DNA of 53,822 bases from Octopus bimaculoides (Eukaryota). Made by a program: the position numbers and the translations under genes. The notes beneath the pieces were generated by a model. It saw only the letters and a program-made list of their open reading frames with translations. It made no database searches and was not told the origin of the DNA. Positions 36,166 through 50,215 of the stretch are shown one piece after another; within the stretch, counting starts at the first letter, position 1; each line of letters starts with the position of its first letter. The stretch covers positions 9,870,293-9,924,114 of the forward strand of contig NC_068997.1 of NCBI RefSeq assembly GCF_001194135.2, given 5' to 3'.

Positions 36166-36439
36166 GTGTATGTGTGTGTGTGTGTGTGTTTGTAAGTAGA
36201 AAGATAGACTAACAATAATAGGTGCAAGGAATGTATTTGTATGAAAGCCACATATACAAATTACATGATGAAATTAAGTCTTATCATTACAGCTGTTTCA
36301 GATAATTGATTGACTGGTTGATAGGACCATGCATTATTATGGAAGGAAATCTGATTTTGAGTCAATAATGTAGGTTTACAAAAAGCAAAGGAAAAGCATC
36401 AGTGAGCACAAATTTTGATAGTTCTGTCATATCTTTGTC

Positions 36440-36965
36440 AGATAACCCATTGGATGATTGGTGAGCTTGATGCCATTAATGTTACATTTAATCTGTTTGC
36501 AGGAATGAGATTCCAGAGGATCTATGTTGTGGGGAAGAAGGATTGGGTTGAGTGGTTAGTGGATGTTGTCAGGGGAAGATTGAATGCCAAAAGGGGTGAG
36601 AAGGGATGGAAAGATGAATGGGTTGGTAGTGATTGAGTGATGGATGTATGAGGCCAGCTTACTCAGAAGAGCAGAGGCCATCATAGTAGTGGTAGAAAAG
36701 ACAGAGAGGAGACACCATGCCTGTGAGGAAGTTGCTGCACTGTGCCTGGTAGTGGTGGAATACCAATTAACCTGGTGTCCCTTCTCTGGTTGCAGGCCAG
36801 GATATTAGTGTGCATAGTAGCGGCACTGTCCCAGATATGGGTGCAGTGCCCCATTGTGAACCTCACTTGAGCCATGTGGAGTGTCAGCAGTTATTGAGGA
36901 CTGAAACATCTTCTGGCCTTAAAGTGAAAAGCTTGTCTTTGGGATGTGTTTCAAGTGATGCTAAG
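36440..36965 (-). pseudogene. CR1/L2/Jockey-group LINE ORF2, post-RT C-terminal remnant
   Basis: ARRCFSPQ*LLTLHMAQVRFTMGHCTHIWDSAATMHTNILACNQRRDTRLIG...HRHGVSSL follows the L-Y-K-x-x-V-R-P-x-M-E-Y-C-x-x-I-W pattern; multiple stops. Confidence 0.7.
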
Positions 36966-36989
36966 GATTTGCTTTCACTAGAAGAAATC

Positions 36990-37382
36990 CTCGGTCATAG
37001 TTACTATCACAAGCGAGATCGTGATGGCACCTGTGCCCAGCGTCGCCTTCCTGGCACTTGTACTGGTGGCACGTGTAAGACATTCGAGCGAGATCGTTGC
37101 CAGTGCCGCTGGACTGGTTCCTGTGCAGGTGGCACGTAAAATACACCATTTCGAGCGTGGCCGTTGCCAGAACCGCCTGACTGGCCTTTGTGCCGGTGCA
37201 TGTAAAAGCACCCACTAGACTCTCAGAGTGGTTGGCGTTAGGAAGGGATTCCAGCGGTAGAAACTCTGCCAAATCAGATTGGAGCCTGGTGCAGCCTTCT
37301 GGCTTGCCAGTCCTCAGTCAAATCATCCAACCCATGCTAGCATGGAAAGCGGACATTAAACGATGATGATGATGATGATGAC
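36990..37382 (+). mobile_element. Long family C retroposon with about 2.5 copies of the 66-67-bp unit
   Basis: Units at 37085 and 37152; ends CCAACCCATGCTAGCATGGAAAGCGGACATTAAAC(GAT)n. Confidence 0.85.
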
Positions 37383-37595
37383 TGAGGCCCAGCATTTGGA
37401 GTGACTGTGAAGGTTTTATTCGAGTGTCACTCATGCTTAGAGGAGTATGTGAAAAAATTAGAGTGCTCAGAGTGAACCCTGCCAGCTTGCATATGAAAAG
37501 CAAGGAATGATGGATACGGTTTGGTGCTGTAGTGTTTTCTCTGTGGGAATGGTGCCTTTTCCTTTAGTAATTTCTTTTTGTTTTGGTGATAAAAG

Positions 37596-37661
37596 AGACA
37601 AAGTTGGCTTGGTTCCACTAGAAGGTGTTCACAAGGCAAGATCTCTGTTTATGGAATCAAT
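37596..37661 (+). CDS. Candidate host exon (DKVGLVPLEGVHKARSLFMES), unknown protein; frame open back to 37463
   Basis: GTAAGT donor at 37662; phase-2 end compatible with the next candidate exon; no homology recognised. Confidence 0.3.
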
Positions 37662-37867
37662 GTAAGTTTGAAAGTGCTTAGGTACTGAAAATTGTGTGCA
37701 ATGTTTTCAAAGAAATCCTTTGACAACTTGCAAGATGAAATATAAGTCAGTTACCAATTTTGTTCTAGTCTTTTATGCTTATAAATTGGCATTGAGGGTT
37801 TTTTTTATTTTTTATATATTTAAAAAATATTTTAAAGTAATTTTTCTTTTTTTTTATTGTTCTGCAG

Positions 37868-37988
37868 AACAAACACACTCCTACGCAGATATGCTGTTAT
37901 TCTCTTGAGTCTTCAAGACTCTGCTAGTGTTCAGCATCAAAACTTGAAGACTTCAGAATTTGATATCAAACAGAAAATTTTCCTTCCG
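37868..37988 (+). CDS. Candidate host exon (TNTLLRRYAVILLSLQDSASVQHQNLKTSEFDIKQKIFLP), unknown protein
   Basis: Strong poly-T/TTCTGCAG acceptor, open for 40 codons, CCG|GTGCGA possible donor. Confidence 0.3.
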
Positions 37989-38349
37989 GTGCGACTGGGA
38001 TTGGGGTGGGAAGGTGGTGGGTGGGAGACACGGAACTCAATGCAAAGTCAAGAAATCTGAAGTCTGATTCAGTAGTTTCTTTACTTTTTTTGTTTTTCTT
38101 CTTCTTCTTCCTTCTTTCTTCACTTCTTTCCTTTTCTCAGTGTCTTTGTTTTTTATTAGAGGTGGTGGTCATGCTAAGGTTGCTGATGGTGGATAGAGTG
38201 TTTAGAAATGGGTTTTCTAATCTTTCTCCCCCACCCACCCATGTTTTGGTTTTTCAAAAATTCACTCTTTTCTTTGTTCCTTCCTTCCTTCCTTCCTTCT
38301 TTCCCTCTTTCTCTCCATCCACTCCTTCTTTTTACCTTGCTAGTAGCCT

Positions 38350-38475
38350 CCTCTATCTGTCTGTCTCTCTCTGTCTAATCTCTCTGTCTCTCTCTGTCTA
38401 ATCTCTCTGTCTCTCTCTCTCACTTTCTCTCTGTCTGTTTGTCTGCCCGTCTGTTTATCTGTCTCTCTCACACCT

Positions 38476-38534
<59 letters not shown>

Positions 38535-39235
38535 ACATTTTCTTCTTCACAAACCTTCTCATTTTCTTCAGACACTCACTTCCATTACCATTTTGTCTTA
38601 TCGTCTCCCTATTTCTTTCTTATTATTTTGTACTCATTCCAAGATGGTGAGCTGGCAGAAACATTAGCGCACCGAGCGAAATGCTTAGCGGTATTTCGTC
38701 TGTCTTTGCATTCTGAGTTCAAATTCCACCAGGGTCGACTTTGCCTTTCATCCTTTCAGGCTCAATAAATTAAGTACCAGTTGAACACTGGGGTCGATCT
38801 AATTGACTGGCCCCGCTCCCCAAAATATTTTGGGCCTTGTGCCTAGAGTAGAAACAAAAAAATTATTTTGCACACATTCCACTCTTCCTCCCCCCCTCTC
38901 TCTCTCTATCTCTCTCTCTCCTTCTTTAACTCTCATTCTATCTCTTGCTTTCTCTCACACTCTCTTTCACTCCCATCTCATCTCTCTCTCTCTTTCATTA
39001 TACACACTCTCTCTCTGTCTTTTTCCTCATTCTTTATTTACACATTCATTCTTACCTTACTTCATTTTATCATTCGGTTAGCCTTTCTTTCATAACCTTT
39101 TTATTCCTTTCCTTCTCACCTATGTCTTTCTTCTTTTCTCTTCCTCTCTCACTCTTTCTGTCAGTCTCATTCTCTCTCTTTCTTTCTCTCCCTATTTCCC
39201 TGCTTACTCCTTCTGTCTATCTTCATTCATCAAAC
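38350..39235. repeat. CT-rich low-complexity region
   Basis: Direct reading. Confidence 0.85.
38641..38870 (+). mobile_element. SINE family A, full length
   Basis: Colinear with 25642-25870. Confidence 0.88.
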
Positions 39236-40162
39236 TCTGATGTCATGTAAATCATCAGTTTATCTACCAAAACAGCTTCTTTGGGACTTTTGATTCACAC
39301 ACACACACACACACACACACTTGTGTGTATATAGATATGTATACATATACACACATATTTACATGCACACACACATATATATGTATACATACATATGTAT
39401 ACATGGACACACACACACACATACATACAAATATAGGTATAGACACACCAAAACAGTTTCTTTGGGTCTTTTGCCTTACACACACACACACACACACACA
39501 TATACATATACACACATATACACACACACACTTGTGCGTATATAGATATGTATACATACATACACACATATATTTGCACACACACTTATAGATGTATATA
39601 CACATATGTATACATATATATATATATATATNNNNNNNNNNNNNNNNNNNNNNNNNNNNNNNNNNNNNNNNNNNNNNNNNNNNNNNNNNNNNNNNNNNNN
39701 NNNNNNNNNNNNNNNNNNNNNNNNNNNNNNNNNNNNNNNNNNNNNNNNNNNNNNNNNNNNNNNNNNNNNNNNNNNNNNNNNNNNNNNNNNNNNNNNNNNN
39801 NNNNNNNNNNNNNNNNNNNNNNNNNNNNNNNNNNNNNNNNNNNNNNNNNNNNNNNNNNNNNNNNNNNNNNNNNNNNNNNNNNNNNNNNNNNNNNNNNNNN
39901 NNNNNNNNNNNNNNNNNNNNNNNNNNNNNNNNNNNNNNNNNNNNNNNNNNNNNNNNNNNNNNNNNNNNNNNNNNNNNNNNNNNNNNNNNNNNNNNNNNNN
40001 NNNNNNNNNNNNNNNNNNNNNNNNNNNNNNNNNNNNNNNNNNNNNNNNNNNNNNNNNNNNNNNNNNNNNNNNNNNNNNNNNNNNNNNNNNNNNNNNNNNN
40101 NNNNNNNNNNNNNNNNNATGTTTACATATGTATGTATGTGTATATATATAAATATGTATGTA

Positions 40163-40204
<42 letters not shown>

Positions 40205-40227
40205 CACACATACATATATATATACAC

Positions 40228-40258
<31 letters not shown>

Positions 40259-41089
40259 CATATATATATATATATATATGTATGTATGTGTGTATATATA
40301 TATGTATATAGATAGATAGATAGATATCTATATCTATCTATAGATAGATAGATATACATACATATATATACATATATACACACACACACGCATATAGATA
40401 TATATATATATATGTATGCATATATATCTTTAGTTAAAGGTTTCTAATGGGCCAATCTCTGGCTCGCTTGCTCTCTTTCTGATGAACAATCAGACAGCAA
40501 AGTGAGGTTCTACAGAGCCTGAATTTGTGTCAGAAATACATCAAACTTTATTGCACACGAGTGCAACATTTATCAATTAATTGACATAAATATACTGCAA
40601 ACATGCTTTTTGTCTTATAGCAATTACATTTAATATGGCTTCCTTTGTTTATGGTCAGATCAGTTATCTGTACAAGTCAATTTTCCAGAACTAAATATTC
40701 CCTTGCTAGTCTTGGAAATGGTTCTTGTGTATTCCCCTCTACTTAGCATATCGAAAATTGAAGTTAGTTATTCTGGTTGGTTCTGCTCATTGACAAAAGG
40801 AGTTCAATACTTTGGTTGTATCTTGTATTTTTTTTTTGATCTTTTACTTGTCTCAGTCAGAGAACGATGCCTTGAAAAAATTTCATCCAACAAATCAACC
40901 CCAGTGATTGCCTTTTAAGTGTGATACTTGTTTTATCAGTCCTTTTTTGTCAAACTGTTAAGTTATGGAGATGCAAACAAAAACAAAGTTGCTTGCTTAC
41001 CCTCATACATGACAGACACGCACTCAGTTTCTATCTGTCAAATTCACTTATAAGGAATTGGTCTGCCTAAATGCACTTACCTAAGAAGC

Positions 41090-41156
41090 TATTATATTAT
41101 ATTATTATATTATTATATTAATATTATTAATATTAATATTAATATCATTATTATTA

Positions 41157-41230
<74 letters not shown>
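41090..41230. repeat. (ATT)n tract, 3' flank of the R4/Dong-like insert
   Basis: Direct reading. Confidence 0.95.
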
Positions 41231-41662
<432 letters not shown>

Positions 41663-42986
41663 GATAAAACATTGATTCATTGGAAACCACAAAAATAAAA
41701 TTCTTCTTTTTTTTTTTTTTGACACTGGATTTTATTGTTTGTTAAATCAAAGACAAGGAAAACAAAGAATTATTTTTGTTAGCACCATCTCATATTCAGT
41801 GAAGTTGGTGAGACGGGCCATAGTTTGCTGACCTTTGAGTTGATGCGAAATTTGTAATGAGGGTGATAAATGAAAAGACTTTAGAGAGAGCTTTGTGCTT
41901 TCTCTGTCTCTCTCTCTTTCACTCACTCACTCACTGTCTGTCTGTCTGTCTGTCTTTCTCTGTGTTTCTCTGTCTCTCTCAGCAAATAGATCTTACTAAC
42001 TGTGATTGTCAATATGTCTCTTAATCTCTTGCTTGATATCATCATTATTATCATCATTGCGATCATTCAACGTCCTTGTTCCGTGCTGGCTTGGGTTGGA
42101 TGCTTTGACAGAGATCTGATGGGTCTGAGGACTGCGTTGTGCTCAAGCGACATGTTTATTTTTACATTTGTAAACCTTAAATTAGTTACTGGCCATTTCT
42201 TGTAAACCATGGAAAATAAAATATTAAAGTCCTTAAGATTAAATATAATTAAATATGATTATCAAAATTTTAAGTTAAAAAAAAAAAGCCCAACAAAGCC
42301 ATAAACTCATTTCTGTTTTAATTTTAATTTAATTTAATGTAATTTTTTCATATATTTTACCAAAGCCTTCATTAGTTCACTTTGAATTCAGAGGGTAACA
42401 AAAACGAATTGTCTTTTGAAGGTAGATTTTTTTTAAGAGAAAAGCAAAAGACTAGTCACACGTATGTTGGCTCTTTACATCATCTCTTTGATAGTGGATT
42501 CTTGTTATCTACCGTTATTCTGGTATTGCTTTCTCTCAAAAATGTTGAAAGCATAAGTTGAATAAAATTCCTTCTATACATGATTTCTATTTGTTTGTTC
42601 ATTCTGCCATCAAGGAATTCTCTGTTAAAGTTCGTTGGCAATTTTTTTTTTTTTTTTTTTTTTTGTCTTTTCAAATAAAATAGAAAAGTACAAAATTTTA
42701 TATTTAAAACTAAAAATTGGAAGTTAGGAAAGAAATAGGTCGTGAAGAATAAAATGAAAATGATAATAATAAAAATTAAAAAATGTATATTGAAATAAGA
42801 AAAAAAAAAAAAGAAAAGAAATAGTTAAAATACATTTAGATTAATGTAAAATTTTCAAAAAATAATATTCAAACTTTTTATGAAAAGAAGAAAATTTTCA
42901 ATGTATGTTTCACAAATGAATAACATACACGTGTATACATCTATATCTCTAACTACACACACACACATATAAAATTTATATATGTG

Positions 42987-43028
<42 letters not shown>

Positions 43029-43538
43029 TGTCTATGTGTGTACACACACACACACACACACACATACATTCACATATATACATATATATTAATAAATTTC
43101 TTTCGTTTTATAATTTAATATAATAAAACTTATAAGAAAACCACAAAGGCGAATGAATGTTAATGGTTGAATTTTTTTCATTTATTCATATATATATTTT
43201 TTTTTTTGAAATGTTATTGTTTTTATTGAAATTCTATTCTTCTGTTTGGCAAAACAACAAAATGAAGAAAATGAAGATTGCACAACACTAGTATAAAAGA
43301 TTTATTTTTGATGTGTATGTATGTATGTGTGTGTATGTGTGTGTGTGTGTGTGTAAGTATTTTTTATCCTTCTTAAGACAAGATTTTCTGTTTCATGTGA
43401 AGAAGACTAGTTTGTTGGTTTCATCTTGGAATTAGTTTTGCAGTTACATCTTCAGATAATTTTTTTTTTCAATGCCATTTTAACACTTTCTCTTAACTTT
43501 ATTTTTCGCAGTTTGAACATACGACCTTCTCCTGTCTT

Positions 43539-43603
<65 letters not shown>

Positions 43604-43751
43604 TTAGTACTTCTTGTTAATTTCTGTACCTGGCATTAAACATATATACTATGCTTTATGAGATTCTCTGCAAGTGCATATGGAGCTAGGGAGCACGTAT
43701 CTGTTTCATATGGGGAGAGAAAAAAATTAACATTTAACCATGCTCTTTACA

Positions 43752-43797
<46 letters not shown>

Positions 43798-43857
43798 TTG
43801 TAGTTTCAGCTCAGAGCTGCGGCCATGCTGGGGCATTGCTGTTTTGCTACACTGTTA

Positions 43858-44090
43858 TTATTGAGACCCTCCTCTTATATGTGGTATTTGGTGAGCAAGG
43901 GAGTTTGATGTTGCTACCCTCATTTGCACCTCTTGCCATGAGGTAGATTCATCTGGGACTCTCGACGGGAAGAGGTCCAGTTTTGATTTGAAAACACCTG
44001 TATCCACTTTGTGTAGGTCCCTCAGGCTCTTTGGGAGAATATTAAAATGCTGTGGGGCCCCTGAAACCCAAGGCATTGAAAGCATTAGTT
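43858..44090 (-). pseudogene. CR1-like LINE 3' end
   Basis: NALGFRGP / QHFNILPKSLRDLHKVDTGVFKSKLDLFPSRVPDE...ATSNSLAHQI resembles CR1 ORF2 termini (GPxLFNxLP...FKxxLD). Confidence 0.7.
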
Positions 44091-44192
44091 GACTCAGGAC
44101 TACAGTAGAAATATTGCCCAAGGTGCCATTCAGAGGGATTGAACCCAAAACCATGTGGTTGCAAAGCAAGCTCCTTTACCACATAGCTATGC
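44090..44192 (-). mobile_element. SINE family B head
   Basis: GCCCAAGGTGCCATTCAGAGGGATTGAACCCAAAACCATGTGG. Confidence 0.75.
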
Positions 44193-44261
44193 TTGCACTT
44201 ATAAAGAAAAAAGAAACAAAACCCCCATGAAATAGTAACCATTTTACTATCAAATTCTCAG

Positions 44262-44487
44262 TATATATTGGTTTCAAATTTTGGCACAAGGCCAGCAATT
44301 TGGGGGTAGATGGGTCAAATTGATTATATCGACCCCAATGTTTGACTGGTGCGTATTTTATCAACTTTGAAATGATGAAAGGTACAGTCAACCTTGGTAG
44401 AATCTGAACTCAGCATAGGAACACAGATGAAATGCTGCTAAGCATTTTGCCCACCATATTAACAGGTTTTGCTGGTTTGTCACCTTG
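44262..44487 (-). mobile_element. SINE family A, degenerate full length
   Basis: GGCACAAGGCCAGCAATTTGGGG...GAACTCAG...GCTGCTAAGCATTTTGCCC. Confidence 0.75.
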
Positions 44488-44539
44488 AAATCCTCAATGT
44501 ATATTGTCTCTTGTTGTTAAGTGTCAAACCAACCCTTGT

Positions 44540-44740
44540 TGTTATCATCATCCTTTAACATCTATTTTCCATGATGGCATGGGTTGGATGGCTTGACAGG
44601 AACTGACAAGGCCAGAAGCCACACCAAGTTCCAATTGTCCGATTTTGGCTTGGTCCCTGTGGCTGGATGCCCTTCTTAATGCCAACCACTTAACAGAGTG
44701 TACTGGGTGCGTTTTTACATGGCACCACCACCAGTGCTTT
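44540..44740 (-). mobile_element. Family C retroposon
   Basis: TTTAACATCTATTTTCCATGATGGCATGGGTTGG...GGCTGGATGCCCTTCTTAATGCCAACC. Confidence 0.78.
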
Positions 44741-45140
44741 TTATGTGTGCACACTTATAATGAAAGGCTTTCCAAACATGGCAACTCTAGAAATAGAGTA
44801 CTTTGTGTACTCTGGACTATATTATTCAATGTGTTCATTTTAAGGCACTTAGATATGATTCGAGTAAGATTCAACTGTTATTTCTAGTAGGATGCACAAG
44901 CCACGTAAAGACTCCTCCCTCTTTGCTTTGGTATATTGTCAGTTATTTCGGCTGGATAATCAGGCTTTACATAGAAATTGATTCTTATTTGCATTCAGCA
45001 ATCCTTTGGGGAATTATAATATTGAATCAAAGAATCTTTCGTCTTTTGTTGCCTTGTTTTCCTTTCTTTTCTTTGCTTTTCTTTATCTAACAAGGCAACA
45101 ACCTTTAAGTTCATGTTTCTGTTACACATGATAAAAGAAT

Positions 45141-45179
<39 letters not shown>

Positions 45180-46273
45180 NNNNNNNNNNNNNNNNNNNNN
45201 NNNNNNNNNNNNNNNNNNNNNNNNNNNNNNNNNNNNNNNNNNNNNNNNNNNNNNNNNNNNNNNNNNNNNNNNNNNNNNNNNNNNNNNNNNNNNNNNNNNN
45301 NNNNNNNNNNNNNNNNNNNNNNNNNNNNNNNNNNNNNNNNNNNNNNNNNNNNNNNNNNNNNNNNNNNNNNNNNNNNNNNNNNNNNNNNNNNNNNNNNNNN
45401 NNNNNNNNNNNNNNNNNNNNNNNNNNNNNNNNNNNNNNNNNNNNNNNNNNNNNNNNNNNNNNNNNNNNNNNNNNNNNNNNNNNNNNNNNNNNNNNNNNNN
45501 NNNNNNNNNNNNNNNNNNNNNNNNNNNNNNNNNNNNNNNNNNNNNNNNNNNNNNNNNNNNNNNNNNNNNNNNNNNNNNNNNNNNNNNNNNNNNNNNNNNN
45601 NNNNNNNNNNNNNNNNNNNNNNNNNNNNNNNNNNNNNNNNNNNNNNNNNNNNNNNNNNNNNNNNNNNNNNNNNNNNNNNNNNNNNNNNNNNNNNNNNNNN
45701 NNNNNNNNNNNNNNNNNNNNNNNNNNNNNATATATATATATATACACACACTCATACACAGATAAATTTATATATGTGTGTGTGTATATATATATACGTA
45801 TATACACACACATGCCACTATCCTCTGAGAGGTTGTTTTAATTTTTTTTGTTTTTGCTTCTAAATTTTTCGTTTATATTTATTTATTTATTTATTTAGTT
45901 TCTGTCTTTGTTTTTGCATAGTGTTGATAGTTTGAAGTTTTCTGAAAGAATTTTCTTGAAATATTTCTGATATTTCTATAAGTGAGTCTTGTATTTCTGC
46001 ACCCTCTGGCTACAGTCACCTTGTTTCATTATGGAAATATACAGTCATATTTACACAAGACATTGATTTTTTTTTTGAATTTTTTATTTTCCAAGGCAAC
46101 TGTTAAATTGTTTCCTGTCATGTCTTACTTGGTTGGATTCTACAAAGTGAAAGCATTTAACATGATTCTACTTCAGCTGGAACACAATGTTGTTCGTGGG
46201 ACTTGTTGTTTTAATAATATATTTTCATTTATTTCTTTACTTTCACAAGTAATCAAGGATTGAATGATGGAGG

Positions 46274-46305
<32 letters not shown>

Positions 46306-46347
46306 CGTGCATACTCATACACACACACACATACACACACACACATA

Positions 46348-46420
<73 letters not shown>

Positions 46421-46870
46421 ACCTGGTAGGGTATAAAGGTAGGGTATTTCTGGTGAAGCACTCAACCTGAGTTCTGGGCTAACAACATTGTCAGATTGCA
46501 GACTAATATCAAAATTTTTTGAGTGTAAAAAATCCTGGTATCGCAATGGTAAAACCATTGTGTGGGTGTGATGTAGAGTAAACTGTAATCCAAACAATAT
46601 GAAGACAAAGAAATCCTTTAGCATATCTTTAATGATTCATTACAATTATTTCTGTACCAATTCTGCTTTCGATGCCAGTTTATGCCAAAATTCAAAGTGA
46701 AAATCTACGTGATGTTTGCAGTTTTAGACATTAGAGTGGCACTCCATCAGACTTACATCAAAAGTGCACACTTTACATTTGCTTTTGCAAGGATTTGGAA
46801 GTAATTTGTTACATTTGACTTGAATTGAAACTTCTGGTATTGTGTACTACAAAACCCCAAATAAAAGTAT

Positions 46871-47250
46871 AGGCACAGGAGTGGCTGTGTGGTAAGAAGC
46901 TTGCTTCCCAGCCACATGGTTTTGGGTTCAATCCCACTGCATGGCACCTTGGGCTGACCAAAGCCTCGTGAGTGGATTTGATAGGCGGAAACTAAAAGAA
47001 GCCTGTTGTATATATATATATATATATNNNNNNNNNNNNNNNNNNNNNNNNNNNNNNNNNNNNNNNNNNNNNNNNNNNNNNNNNNNNNNNNNNNNNNNNN
47101 NACCAATGCTTGACAACCGATGCTGGTGTGTTTACATCCCTGTAATGTAGCGGTTCGGCAAAAGAGACCAATCAAATAAGTACTAGGTTTACAAAGAATA
47201 AGTCTTGGGGTCGATTTGTTTGACTAAAGGTGGTTCTCCAGCATGGCTGT
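46871..47250 (+). mobile_element. SINE family B with a gap at its internal microsatellite
   Basis: Head 46871-47010, N-run 47028-47101, body resumes ACCAATGCTTGACAACCGATGCTGG. Confidence 0.88.
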
Positions 47251-48617
47251 GAATAATTAGCATGTTGTCAAGGAAACCATCACTGCTTTGCGAATGTCTT
47301 GCAAAAGGAATAATCTTGGGGGCGGGGGATCAAACTTGACTGCAAATCAAGGAAAAGAGTCCCTCACATGGTCTGGTGCCCTCTTTGACACTCTTCCAAT
47401 ATCTCTGAGGTAGATGGAGCCCTGCAGCCTTGTAAAGCAATTTACTCAGGTGAAAGCCACTCCGTTGTAAACTCTACAGCTTGCCAGGCATCGCAGGTGA
47501 GCCACTGCAGTCAAACATCAAATCTAAAGAGTGGGATTGGATTGTGCAGACTGACTCTCAATTCAAAAGTTCTAAGCATAGGAAGGATGAAAAGCCTGCA
47601 GCATCAAGGATTGGTTTCCATAATTACTTGAGAGTTTGCCATTCTTCTTCGTGATCTTCAGGCATGAAGAAATCGCAATCATTATTTATTATTAGTTGGA
47701 ATATGTTTCATATTATTTATACTTGCTAGTTTTCATCGTTGTGCAATATACTTTAATAAACAAAATGATGTTTCGTAATAGGAAGCATTAATGTTTCACT
47801 TTTCATTATCTTAACTGTTAGGTGTATGGCAAAAAAAAAAAGAGAAAAGAAAAGAAGAGGAAAAACAATAAGTGCAGAAGAAAGAAGAGAAGAAATTTTT
47901 TATTTATGAATCTTCCCACTTATCTTTTATAGATTAATGTTGTTTGGAAAGATAATTTATTACGTGACATTAGACTAATGTTTAACCCCCAGAAATGGGG
48001 CAAGGTAGAAAGAAGATATAAAATGAAGATGGCAAGAAATACTACGTGTGTGTGTGTGTGTATTAAAATACATATATAAATATACATACATGTGTATGTG
48101 TACACACACACACACGCACACACACACATGTATATATGTATATTTATAATGAAAGAAAGGCAAGATTAAAAGCTGTATGCATACACACACACATACACAC
48201 ACACACATACACATATGTATTTGGTAGTCAACAAAATTTAACCAATGAAAATTTAAAAACTAAAACTGATAAGAACAGAAAATAAAGGCATTTTCTTTTT
48301 CTCCTTTCAAAGCAGCGTAAACAATTTTTTTTAAAATTTAATTTCTAAAGAAATTATATTGACAAAAGAAAACAAAAAAAAACCCACCTATTTTTATTCA
48401 TGTTAATACCCATTATAAAAGATTTGTATTTGTTTTGAGTATAATTCTCTGTAAATTGTCTGTGTTTTATGAAGAAAGCTGAGTTTATAGGATGTTTGCC
48501 TGAACACTGAACATCATTTGGAAATTTACTTTGTGTCATTAAGCACATTCATTAATTAGGTCACAGAATCAAGGGAAATAATGCTGGGTTGATCACCTAA
48601 TTATAAATAGGTACCAT

Positions 48618-48860
48618 GGAGGTGCATGGCTTAGTGGTTAGGGTGTTGGACTCACAATTTTAAGATTGTGGCTTCGATTCTTGGACTGGGCAATGCTTTG
48701 TGTTCTAGACTAAAACATTCGTTTCATGTTGCTCCATTCCACTCAGCTTGTTAAAAATGAGCAATCCTGCAACAGACTGGTCTCCTATCCAGGGAGGAAT
48801 ACATACGCAGCAGAGAAACTGGGAAACTAGCTCTGTGCTCCTTATGACACAAAATGGACT
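48618..48860 (+). mobile_element. tRNA-derived SINE family D
   Basis: GCATGGCTTAGTGGTTAGGG A box, GCTTCGATTC B-box-like, TTGCTCCATTCCACTCAGC core; second copy at 52640. Confidence 0.75.
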
Positions 48861-49024
48861 CACCCACAATGACCCGGCAGGCCAAAGTGAGACCGTAACT
48901 GTGGCCTATACCAGTACAGCATAACTGGCCCATTTAAGAGCACCTTTCAATCATTGAGCAGCAATAAACTGTGCTTGTGAAGACCTGTTGAGTCAAGTGT
49001 AGTCATTGTCGTGGAGCACTGCTT

Positions 49025-49365
49025 TCACGAATTTTGGTCTAATGAATTGATTCCTGTACATTTTTGAAAACCTGGTACTTATTCTGTCGATCTCTTTTGC
49101 CAAACTGCTCAGTTATGGGGACATAAACACACCAACATCAGTTGTCAAGTGATGGTGGTAGGACAAAGATACACACACACATAAATATATACATGTATTT
49201 ATATATTTGATGGGCTTCTTTCAGTTTCCATCCACCATATCCACTCACAAGGCTTTGTTGGCCAAAGGCTATAGTAGAAGACACTTGCCCAAAGTGCCAC
49301 ACACAGGATTGAACCTGGAAACATGTGGTTGGGAAGCAAACTTCTTACCATACAACCATGCCTGT
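49025..49365 (-). mobile_element. SINE family B, near full length
   Basis: Body CTGGTACTTATTCTGTCGATCTC and head GGGAAGCAAACTTCTTACCATAC. Confidence 0.8.
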
Positions 49366-49399
<34 letters not shown>

Positions 49400-49882
49400 N
49401 NNNNNNNNNNNNNNNNNNNNNNNNNNNNNNNNNNNNNNNNNNNNNNNNNNNNNNNNNNNNNNNNNNNNNNNNNNNNNNNNNNNNNNNNNNNNNNNNNNNN
49501 NNNNNNNNNNNNNNNNNNNNNNNNNNNNNNNNNNNNNNNNNNNNNNNNNNNNNNNNNNNNNNNNNNNNNNNNNNNNNNNNNNNNNNNNNNNNNNNNNNNN
49601 NNNNNNNNNNNNNNNNNNNNNNNNNNNNNNNNNNNNNNNNNNNNNNNNNNNNNNNNNNNNNNNNNNNNNNNNNNNNNNNNNNNNNNNNNNNNNNNNNNNN
49701 NNNNNNNNNNNNNNNNNNNNNNNNNNNNNNNNNNNNNNNNNNNNNNNNNNNNNNNNNNNNNNNNNNNNNNNNNNNNNNNNNNNNNNNNNNNNNNNNNNNN
49801 NNNNNNNNNNNNNNNNNNNNNNNNNNNNNNNNNNNNNNNNNNNNNNNNNNNNNNNNNNNNNNNNNNNNNNNNNNNNNNNNNN

Positions 49883-49931
<49 letters not shown>

Positions 49932-50123
49932 ATGCACAATATATTATATGCACAATATATATATATTATGCACAAACTATTTTGTATTGGTGTATCAGCA
50001 TATATATATGTGTGTGTGTGTGAATGTATGTACATATGTTTGTGTATATGTGTATATCTATCGTATTTATAAGATAAATATACAAGTATATACAAACACA
50101 TCTACATACATTTACACACACAA

Positions 50124-50215
<92 letters not shown>

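Noticed and set aside
47280-47660. GC-richer segment, possibly an old LINE ORF
   Set aside because: All frames are interrupted and no motif could be matched with confidence
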